NCBI GenBank assembly: GCA_965249555.1
Contig: OZ252243.1
Coordinates: forward strand, 1,408,001 to 1,472,000
DNA from: Nitrosopumilus sp.
GTDB taxonomy: Archaea; Thermoproteota; Nitrososphaeria; Nitrososphaerales; Nitrosopumilaceae
Reading direction: 5' to 3'
Length of the DNA: 64,000 nt
Below, piece by piece: positions 51,284 through 59,376 of the stretch. Positions within the stretch are counted from its first letter, which is position 1. Each line of letters opens with the position of its first letter. The translations under genes and the position numbers were made by a program. The notes beneath the pieces are model-generated. The model did not search any database and was not told the DNA's origin. It worked only from the letters and a program-made list of their open reading frames with translations.

Positions 51284-51798
51284 TAAAATATTTCAATAAT
51301 TCACCACTCTTAAGGTATGCTATCAAAAGCCAAGTTCCATTAATTGAGTGTAAAAAGTCCTTAATTCTGATGTTATTTCTTAGGATCTGTAAAAGTTACA
51401 ATTGTAACACTTACAGGATTATAGCCAAGTCCTGTTAGTCCTATTGGCCGATAGGTTCTGTAGGTGTTTGATATACAATGTATAGCAATAATGAACCAAA
51501 ATACCCACTTCTTTTCTAAAATTTTATAAATAAAATTTACCAAGCTATTCAATGATTCATTTTGAAGACGCCCAAAAATGCGTAAGATGTGGATTGATTT
51601 TATATTCTGACTATGCAATATCTAACCACAAGTGCATTAACTACATTGATGATAATTACTTAGATGAATCTGAATCTCTTAACCTAGATTGATTCAAATT
51701 TTACAAAACAATTTTAGATCTAATTGTAATTTCAGTCATAGATGATTTTTACAATCATAACAATCTCTATCAAATAACCCTACCTTTTTTCTAAAATT

Positions 51799-53622
51799 TT
51801 AATTCTCATGGAATACAAGTTTTTGTATTTCTTTTCCATTTTCATCATAGTGATATTCACGAACTAATTTACCATTCTCATGGTAGAATTTAGATTTTAT
51901 TTCACCATTCTCATAGTATTGAAATTCATAATCTAATTCACCATTTTCATACTTGAATGATAATTGTTTTTCACCATTCTCATAATACTGCCATTCACGA
52001 ATTAATTCACCATTTTCATAAAGTAATTGAGATTGTTTTTTTTCATTCTCATCATACTGCCATTCACGAATTAATTCACCATTTTCATAAAATAATTGAG
52101 ATTGTTTTTTTTCATTCTCATCAAATTGCCATTCACGTTTTACTTCACCATTCTCATAAAGTAATTGAGATTGTAATTTTCCATTTTCATCATAGTACCA
52201 TGATTCTTTTACTTTTTCATTCTCATAACTTAATGATAATTGTAATTCACCATTCTCATTATATTGCCATTCATGTACCAGTTCACCATTTTCATATTTT
52301 AATTCCAATTGTAAATTTTTATTCTCATCAAATTGCCATTCACGTTTTACTTCACCATTCTCATAAAGTAATTGAGATTGTAATTTTCCATTCTTATCAT
52401 ATTGCCATTCATTAATTAATTCACCATTCTCATAACTTAATGATAATTGTAATTTTCCATTTTCATAATAACTATTTTCCCGTTCAATATTTCCATTCTC
52501 ATAGTAATAGGATTCATACTTTAATTCCCCATAAGAATTGTATTTGCCTCCATACTCATAATATTCTTTAGTCCATTCAATACTTCCATTTTCATAATAG
52601 ATGATCTCAGATTTTATTGATTCATTTGGATTAGTATAATGTAATACTTGAGATAAAATTACTCCATTATCAAAATAAGCGTATTCAACTTTTGATTTGT
52701 CATATTCATCATAATAGCGTTCATAAATCAAATTTCCATTTTCATCATAATAAACTTCAGAAAATTTTCCATTCTCATCATAATTCTCATCATAATGGGT
52801 TTCACCTGCTGAACTTCCATCTTCATGGTAGTTATCTGACCATTTTATAATTCCATTCTCATAGTACTCATTAGACATTAACCATTCATTAAAACCAACA
52901 TACAATTTTAATAATTCAATTTTTCCATTTTCATCATAATGAGTTTCACGACTTAATCCCTCATGTTCATTATGTAGCCAATCCCATTGTAAATTTCCAT
53001 TTTCATCATAATGATATTCTTCTGCTATATCTCCATTTTCAAAATAATATTCTTTCCATTCTTTATTTCCATTCTCACGATATTGAATTTCACTAAACAA
53101 TTTACCACTTTCATCATATTCTCTTATTGGTTGATTGTTTGTTCCTGCAATTGGTTCTGCAATAGGTTCTGCAATAGGTTCTGCAATTGGTTCTGCAATT
53201 GGTTCTGCAATAGGTTCTGCAATTGGTTCTGCAGTTGGTTCTGCAGTTGGTTCTGCAGTTGGTTCTGCAGTTGGTTCTGCAGTTGGTTCTGCAGTTGGTT
53301 CTGCAGTTGGTTCTGCAATTGGTTCTGCAGTTGGTTCTGCAGTTGGTTCTGCAGTTGGTTCTGCAATTGGTTCTGCAGTTGGTTCTGCAATTGGTTCTGC
53401 AATAGGTTCATTTAATTTTAAAATACTAAAGCTATCTGGGTTTATCACATTAGATTCAATCAGAAATTCTAAAGCCTCGATAAATTCTTCATCAGTAATT
53501 TTATCTTCTGACCACCACCCAGCGACTGCTTTAACCCATGCTGGTATCTTATCACTTTCTGCATATACCGTTGTAACTGTAACAGAACAAATAACCAAAA
53601 GGGCAATTAATAGATATTTCAA
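51799..53622 (-). CDS. Secreted protein: signal peptide, IPAWVK module, (EPT/IA)22 linker and long MORN/YwqK-like repeat array
   Basis: Start at TTG 53622 by homology with the 51283 gene; ~23-aa repeats such as YENGELIREWQYDENEKKQSQLL. Confidence 0.85.
   Translation of the reverse strand: MKYLLIALLVICSVTVTTVYAESDKIPAWVKAVAGWWSEDKITDEEFIEALEFLIESNVINPDSFSILKLNEPIAEPIAEPTAEPIAEPTAEPTAEPTAEPIAEPTAEPTAEPTAEPTAEPTAEPTAEPTAEPIAEPIAEPIAEPIAEPIAEPIAEPIAGTNNQPIREYDESGKLFSEIQYRENGNKEWKEYYFENGDIAEEYHYDENGNLQWDWLHNEHEGLSRETHYDENGKIELLKLYVGFNEWLMSNEYYENGIIKWSDNYHEDGSSAGETHYDENYDENGKFSEVYYDENGNLIYERYYDEYDKSKVEYAYFDNGVILSQVLHYTNPNESIKSEIIYYENGSIEWTKEYYEYGGKYNSYGELKYESYYYENGNIERENSYYENGKLQLSLSYENGELINEWQYDKNGKLQSQLLYENGEVKREWQFDENKNLQLELKYENGELVHEWQYNENGELQLSLSYENEKVKESWYYDENGKLQSQLLYENGEVKREWQFDENEKKQSQLFYENGELIREWQYDENEKKQSQLLYENGELIREWQYYENGEKQLSFKYENGELDYEFQYYENGEIKSKFYHENGKLVREYHYDENGKEIQKLVFHEN
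53146..53409. repeat. 12-bp tandem repeat x22 encoding EPTA/EPIA
   Basis: tgca(g/a)t(t/a)ggttc units over 264 bp. Confidence 0.95.
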
Positions 53623-53858
53623 TAAATCATCTAAATTATATCCACTCTTAAGGTATTCTATCAAAAGACAAGATTCAATTTTTCGCTAACTGCCAAATTT
53701 CCCTTAGAAATTTGGGTCTGTGAGAAATATTTCAAGACTAACAAAAACACAATTTTAAAAGAATGTTCTAATCAAGGATCAAGCCAAAAAATACCAAGTC
53801 GTTTTTCGTGAGATCTCATTTTTGTAGATCCTTTGGTTCCTGGTGTTTCTGCAGTACG

Positions 53859-54395
53859 TTAGTTCCTGATGTACTGCATTAGCCAACTCTTTTCTATACA
53901 ATGTATAGCAGTAATGAACCGAAATACCCCCCATAATTGGTCATTCACATCATACCATGTTGAATGTAAATTAATTTTCCCGCCTTTTCTGTCCACATCA
54001 ATATTATAATGTGTATTTGTAAGAATCCATGCAAGATAAGACAATGATGGGAGATCATTGTTTTTACTTCTTAATTTTGTTAAATGCGTTTCAATCTGAT
54101 AAAGAGCGTTATGTAATGTCCTTAGACCATCAAAATCTATAGGACAAGGGTTATTACTGCATTCAAGTATTATCTCTGTGCTTTTTTGATATTGTGTAAT
54201 GTGTGCCTTTCTTGAATCCTCTATTTGAAAAATTTGCGGGAAGATTATCTAGATTAATAACATCTCTAATGCCTCTTTTATCTACATTGGAAGTCATATT
54301 GATTTTAAATCTAATATCATGCAAAGCTGGTGTTCAATCTTTGAACAAGATACAAATTTTACTAAAAGTATCTGGTTTTTCAAGTTCCTTGTATG
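53859..54395 (-). pseudogene. Degraded mobile-element gene (possible replication-associated protein)
   Basis: Across one stop and one frameshift (poly-T near 54230) reads PALHDIRFKIN...EIILECSNNPCPIDFDGLRTLHNALYQIE...WILTNTHYNID. Confidence 0.4.
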
Positions 54396-54536
54396 TTTCC
54401 CGCATGAATCTAAAAATTTGGTTAATAGATATGTGTATAATTTCTTTGTAGGTTCTGCTTTGATGCTTGAATAAAATGCCTCTATCGTATCTAATCTCTG
54501 GTGTATTAGGTCTTGCTCCGTTAGGTTTATCTGCAT
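54396..54536 (-). pseudogene. N-terminal relic of a tyrosine integrase
   Basis: MQINLTEQDLIHQRLDTIEAFYSSIKAEPTKKLYTYLLTKFL resembles, from recall, the FYxxIKxxxTxxxYxxxLxxFL start of thaumarchaeal integrases. It lies ~110 bp inside the right direct repeat; no catalytic domain. Confidence 0.55.
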
Positions 54537-54678
54537 TGTTCGTTTATACATATCTAGTTTAAACCACATGTCCTAACAAGGAATTCTTACTATGAGTTTT
54601 AGGGAAAAATATCTCTTCTGTGTTGACTTTTGTCATAATAGCGATAAAGATATAATGAAACAGATTTTTTGAATAAAT

Positions 54679-55068
54679 ATGTCAGCACCACAGATGCCTC
54701 CATGGCTTCAAGAACAAATAATGAAATTACAACAATCTCAACAGAATCTTCAATCAATAATGACTCAAAAACAACATCTTGAGATGGAAAAAGCAGAAAC
54801 AGCAAAAGCTCTTGAGGAATTAAAAAAAGTCACAGAAGGTGATATGGTATACAAACATGCTGGTACTGTCTTGATTAAATCAACTAAAAAAGAATTAGTT
54901 GATGAATTAGAAGAAAAACAAGAGATGGCAAAAACACGTGTGGTAGTTCTTGAAAAACAAGAAACTCGTGTCAAAGAATCACTCAAAGAACAAGAATCAA
55001 AAATTACTGAAATGATGAAAAGTGGTTCTGCAAATTCTCCTCCTGCAGAAGACAATCCTAGAAAATAA
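54679..55068 (+). CDS. pfdB: Prefoldin beta subunit
   Basis: QMPPWLQEQ, ALEEL and VYKHAGTVLIK. Confidence 0.95.
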   Translation: MSAPQMPPWLQEQIMKLQQSQQNLQSIMTQKQHLEMEKAETAKALEELKKVTEGDMVYKHAGTVLIKSTKKELVDELEEKQEMAKTRVVVLEKQETRVKESLKEQESKITEMMKSGSANSPPAEDNPRK

Positions 55069-55121
55069 TACCATGCACTGATTTCAAATAAGATATTAAC
55101 AAATCTGTACAAGTACCATCA

Positions 55122-55808
55122 ATGAAATTAGAAAATCTTCGAATTATTGTAGATGAAAGAGAACGAAAAAGTGGAATTCCTGAACTTCTCAAGTCAGTTG
55201 GTTTGAATGTTGAAATGAAGACACTTCCAATAGGTGATTATATTGTTGCACCCGAAACAGTTGTAGAACGAAAGAGTATTCGCGATTTAATCTCATCTGT
55301 TTTTGATGGACGACTTTTTGATCAGTGCTCTAGACTCAAAGAACATTTTGAGCATCCTATTGTTTTGGTAGAGGGAAACGTTGATGAAATTGAAGAAATC
55401 ACTGATAACCCTCTGATATTTTATGGCGCTATCTCTACTGTTGCACTTGATTTTAAAATTCCAATAATTCCTACCCCTAATGCAACTCATACAGCTAAAT
55501 TACTAGTATCAATGTGTTCAAGAAAAGATGCTCCAAAGGGCCCTTATCTGAAGAAAATCAAAAAATCTTCTAATTTACAAAAACAACAACTTTCGGTTCT
55601 TTGCAGTTTACCTGGAATTGGAGAAAAATTTGCAGTTAGAATGCTTGAAAAATTTGGAACACCATTCAAGGTCTTTACTGCTACAAGTACTGAGCTTGCA
55701 AAAGTTGAAGGGTTGGGTGAAGCACGAGCCAAGAAAATCAAAAAAATGCTAGAATCAAAAAGCAAATTTCTAAAAGAGTCTAATCAAAAAACTCTTCATG
55801 ATACATGA
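55122..55808 (+). CDS. xpf: ERCC4/XPF structure-specific nuclease (short form with HhH)
   Basis: IIVDERE, GDY, VERKS and LPGIG/VEGLG HhH motifs. Confidence 0.93.
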   Translation: MKLENLRIIVDERERKSGIPELLKSVGLNVEMKTLPIGDYIVAPETVVERKSIRDLISSVFDGRLFDQCSRLKEHFEHPIVLVEGNVDEIEEITDNPLIFYGAISTVALDFKIPIIPTPNATHTAKLLVSMCSRKDAPKGPYLKKIKKSSNLQKQQLSVLCSLPGIGEKFAVRMLEKFGTPFKVFTATSTELAKVEGLGEARAKKIKKMLESKSKFLKESNQKTLHDT

Positions 55809-56288
55809 TTATCCCTTGAGTAATTTTCTTTTTAATGGTGTTCCACATGCTGGACACTCTTTTCCATTAGTATGCTTAGTTCTGCATCCTGGACAGTAAT
55901 GAATCCATCTTCCTACATCTTTAATTCCCTTAGTCATAATTGGTGATATTTTCAAATCTAGATTCTTTATTACATTTGAAATTGCAAAATCATCACTAAT
56001 TATCTCACCATTCATTTCAATGCATAATGCAATGATGGAGATATCTTGTTTTGATAACTGTGGAAAATCTCCAGTATTCTTTGCTGCCTTTGTTGCAACT
56101 TTGGTTGATTCCCCATCTGGCTCTCTGATTTTTAGTCTATTAGTTTCAAGTAAAATTTCAAGAGCACCATGATTTTTTTTTATGTGTCTAATTTCATCAT
56201 AAACAAGAGATGTAGTGTAGTAATCACTAGATGATCTAAACGGGACTCCTGCATAAAATGCACTGGCATCTAAAATTCTAAAATCCAA
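55809..56288 (-). CDS. nob1: Nob1 endoribonuclease (PIN plus Zn ribbon)
   Basis: ILDASAF, LSKQD, SDDFAISN and CPGC...CPACG. Confidence 0.92.
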   Translation of the reverse strand: MDFRILDASAFYAGVPFRSSSDYYTTSLVYDEIRHIKKNHGALEILLETNRLKIREPDGESTKVATKAAKNTGDFPQLSKQDISIIALCIEMNGEIISDDFAISNVIKNLDLKISPIMTKGIKDVGRWIHYCPGCRTKHTNGKECPACGTPLKRKLLKG

Positions 56289-57093
56289 GTTTGCTCATTT
56301 GCCTGAGTCCTCGTTTTTTTAATCTTACAAAGACTGCTGGTTTTTTGTATTTTTTAATAATTATTGGCTCTCCATACCCTGCAGATTTGACCACTTGAGC
56401 ATCCATTACGATATTACAGTCATGAGAACACATGATCTCGATTTTCTCATCGGGAACTACAATTGATTCTAATCTGTATACTGGTGCTACTGGAGTAATT
56501 ATCAAAACATCCAAGCTTTCATGCAAAATTGGACCTCCCAATGAAAATGAATGACCTGTAGATCCACTAGGAGTTGCAACAATTACTCCATCCATTTTTT
56601 GTTTTACAGTATCATTTTGAAATTTTATATCAATTTCTGCAGTTTTAGTCAAGTTTGTTCTACTAATGTAGATCTCATTTAATGCTGGTGGAAATTCTTT
56701 TCCTCCACATGATGCAACTACTCTTACTCTTTTGTCTAAGAAAAACTTGCCTTTCAAAATTTGATCAATTGCATCATTAAACTCTTCAATTGTTATTTCT
56801 GATAAAATCCCCCTATTTCCCCCTACGTTGATTGTTAGAATTGGTGTTTCATTCTTCAAGTTTCTAAAAACTCGAAGAGTTGTTCCATCTCCGCCAAGAG
56901 TAATAACCATGTCTAATTTTACCTTTTTTAATTCCTCCAGTGTTTCAACTTTTTTTGCTCCTTCCACTTCAATTGGTGAAATTGTATAGACGATAGTTTT
57001 TTTTGCTAACAGTTTTTTTACAACGTCTTTTCCAGCCTGTTCTGAGTCTTTTGAACCCACTTTACTTACTACTGCAACTTTATGAAGTTTCAA
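56278..57093 (-). CDS. nadK: NAD(+) kinase
   Basis: LGGDGT, ALNE and ATPSGSTGHSFSLGGP. Confidence 0.94.
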   Translation of the reverse strand: MKLHKVAVVSKVGSKDSEQAGKDVVKKLLAKKTIVYTISPIEVEGAKKVETLEELKKVKLDMVITLGGDGTTLRVFRNLKNETPILTINVGGNRGILSEITIEEFNDAIDQILKGKFFLDKRVRVVASCGGKEFPPALNEIYISRTNLTKTAEIDIKFQNDTVKQKMDGVIVATPSGSTGHSFSLGGPILHESLDVLIITPVAPVYRLESIVVPDEKIEIMCSHDCNIVMDAQVVKSAGYGEPIIIKKYKKPAVFVRLKKRGLRQMSKLGF

Positions 57094-57181
57094 GCAGTTC
57101 TTCTGAACTTCTTTTACATAAAAATGATATTTTTATTGCGTTTGAAAAACAATTAAGTATGGATACAAACTCGCGTAAGTT

Positions 57182-58027
57182 ATGAGTTACGCACACCCTG
57201 AAGTTTTAGTAGACACTGAATGGGTATCAAACAATCCTCCTAGTGAAAATAGAAAATTAGTAGAAGTTGATTATGATCCAGTAAATGGATATCAAAAAGG
57301 TCACATTAATGGTGCCAGTCTTATTTGGTGGAAACGTGACATTAATGATCCTATTACAAGAGATATCATTAGCAAAAAACAATTTGAAGCATTAATGTCA
57401 AAAAATGGAATTACTTCAGATACTGAGGTAATTCTTTATGGTGACTTTAACAATTGGTTTGCAGCATTTGTTTTCTGGGTTTTCAAATACTATGGACATG
57501 AAAATCTCAAAATTATGAATGGTGGTAGAAAAAAATGGGAATTAGAAAACAAAGATTACACTACTGATGAACCACAAATGCCATCAACAACATACAATGC
57601 ACAACCTCCGGATGAGGGATTACGTGCTTATCTATTTGATGTTAGCAGAGCATTGGGAAGAGAAGATAGTGTAATGGTTGATGTCAGATCACCTGCTGAA
57701 TTTACTGGTGAAATTACTGCTCCTCCTGAATATCCAATGGAGCATGCACAAAGAGGTGGACATATTCCTGGTGCAAACAATATTCCGTGGGCAACTGCAG
57801 TTAATGATGCTGATGGAACATTCAAAGCAGCTGATGAACTAAAACAAAATTATGAACCAAAAGGTGTTACTCCAGACAAAGATGTAATATGCTATTGTAG
57901 AATTGGAGAAAGATCATCACATAGTTGGTTTGTTCTAAAATATCTATTGGGTTATTCCAAAGTTCGAAACTATGATGGTTCTTGGACTGAATGGGGTAAC
58001 ATGATAGGAAATCCTGTGGAAAAATAA
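57182..58027 (+). CDS. Tandem-domain rhodanese/thiosulfate sulfurtransferase
   Basis: GHIPGA, YCRIGERS and NYDGSWTEW. Confidence 0.94.
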   Translation: MSYAHPEVLVDTEWVSNNPPSENRKLVEVDYDPVNGYQKGHINGASLIWWKRDINDPITRDIISKKQFEALMSKNGITSDTEVILYGDFNNWFAAFVFWVFKYYGHENLKIMNGGRKKWELENKDYTTDEPQMPSTTYNAQPPDEGLRAYLFDVSRALGREDSVMVDVRSPAEFTGEITAPPEYPMEHAQRGGHIPGANNIPWATAVNDADGTFKAADELKQNYEPKGVTPDKDVICYCRIGERSSHSWFVLKYLLGYSKVRNYDGSWTEWGNMIGNPVEK

Positions 58028-58028
58028 A

Positions 58029-58337
58029 TTGCTTCTAGACCTTCCTGTTCTAAAGAAAGGTTCTTTCTATTTTATCAAAGATGGCGATACTGATCTTATC
58101 TTGGAAGACAACACCAAGAGAGGCCTTACTGTAAAAGAAACATCTGTTGATGAAAAACTAAACGTCAAATCTGATAAGGGAATGATTCATGATATGGATG
58201 GAATTGGACATTGGGTTCCTATTAGATGGTATTTTTCAAAGGACTCTTTTGATTTATCACAGGTAATGGTGCATGCTGAAGCAATGGAGAAAAAATACAC
58301 TGAACTACGAGAGCTCACGTGTCCAGATGATGACTGA
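58029..58337 (+). CDS. Hypothetical protein immediately downstream of the rhodanese
   Basis: Starts 1 bp after the rhodanese stop; ends LTCPDDD. Confidence 0.75.
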   Translation: MLLDLPVLKKGSFYFIKDGDTDLILEDNTKRGLTVKETSVDEKLNVKSDKGMIHDMDGIGHWVPIRWYFSKDSFDLSQVMVHAEAMEKKYTELRELTCPDDD

Positions 58338-58374
58338 CAAACATTTTTAACTTAATTTACACTAAAAAAGTCAG

Positions 58375-59322
58375 ATGTCTTTACTCCTAAAAGATCGAGT
58401 TTGGTCAATGGAGGCCCCAACTGCAAAACGTGGTGTCTATCCATTACACGGATACAAAATTGGACTTTATAGGCTGCCAATAAAACTTGAAGATCTCGAC
58501 GAAATAAAATCAATTCATGATGGACTCAAAAAGACATTTGAAATGGATATGTATGCTGACAGAATTTATGCAACATATCGCTGGCAAGAACAAAACATGA
58601 AAGATCCTGATGCAAAAGGATACAGAAAAGTAGAATTATCTATTACAGTTGAAATTGTTACTGGGGAAGTGGTTGATATTATTTATCAAATTTTCCCAAT
58701 TGAAAAATTCGGTGATCCTAACTGGGTTCAGGATTATAGAAAGAAAGCAGACCATTTTGCAAAAATGGTAATTGATACTATTTTACGTAACACTATCTTG
58801 GCTGACAAGATGGTTTCCTACTATGTGAAAAAAGAAAAGATCTCTGAGGTTACTGCGATTCAAAAACTTGAAGAACTTACTCCATTGGCAAAAATTGTCC
58901 TTGGTGCAAAAGCTAAAGCCATTGAAGCGACAGAAGAAGAAGGTGAAGAAGATGAAGGCGAAATTGAAATTCCAGATGGTGCAAAACCTGGTCCAATTGA
59001 TGTTGAATACAAATCAAAAATGAAACAATCTGCAGTATATGATGCTGCTGGATACTCTATCAAAACTTGGGGGCGAAAAGGTAAGAACAATGGAATCATG
59101 GGGGTTTGGGGAGAATTTGTTTCAGTAGATTATGATATCTGTATTGCAGATGGTGGATGTATAGAAGCATGCCCTGTAGATGTTTATGAGTGGTTTGATA
59201 CTCCTGGAAATCCCGCATCAGACCAGAAACCGTTAATGTCAAAAGAACCTGATTGTATATTTTGTCTTGCATGTGAAGGCGTCTGTCCACCGCAAGCAAT
59301 CAAGATCTTTGAGGTAAAGTAA
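58375..59322 (+). CDS. Dicluster ferredoxin (Zfx-like C-terminal domain) fused to an unknown N-terminal domain
   Basis: CIADGGCIEACP and CIFCLACEGVCP after an acidic linker. Confidence 0.85.
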   Translation: MSLLLKDRVWSMEAPTAKRGVYPLHGYKIGLYRLPIKLEDLDEIKSIHDGLKKTFEMDMYADRIYATYRWQEQNMKDPDAKGYRKVELSITVEIVTGEVVDIIYQIFPIEKFGDPNWVQDYRKKADHFAKMVIDTILRNTILADKMVSYYVKKEKISEVTAIQKLEELTPLAKIVLGAKAKAIEATEEEGEEDEGEIEIPDGAKPGPIDVEYKSKMKQSAVYDAAGYSIKTWGRKGKNNGIMGVWGEFVSVDYDICIADGGCIEACPVDVYEWFDTPGNPASDQKPLMSKEPDCIFCLACEGVCPPQAIKIFEVK

Positions 59323-59376
59323 TTACAATTTATTGCAAGTATAAATAGCGAATAGTAATTCTGAGAAATTAGGGAT

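Larger units (their letters stand above)
46992..54654. mobile_element. Decayed integrative element/genomic island inserted at the 3' end of pcc1
   Basis: Interrupts the pcc1-pfdB adjacency. TAAAGATATA direct repeat at 46992-47001 and 54645-54654, AT-rich, many gene fragments, integrase-like relic at right end. Confidence 0.75.

Noticed and set aside
50072-52500. Diversity-generating retroelement (TR/VR pair) among the MORN repeats
   Set aside because: No reverse transcriptase in the window, and the repeats are in-frame coding units without an evident adenine-specific mismatch pattern.
53011-53689. Overlapping repeat ORFs (WFCS)n, (QNQL)n, (AVGS)n and (LVLQ)n
   Set aside because: Shadow frames of the EPTA minisatellite in the secreted repeat protein.
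47003-54644. Provirus
   Set aside because: No capsid, terminase, packaging ATPase or polymerase motifs are recognisable.
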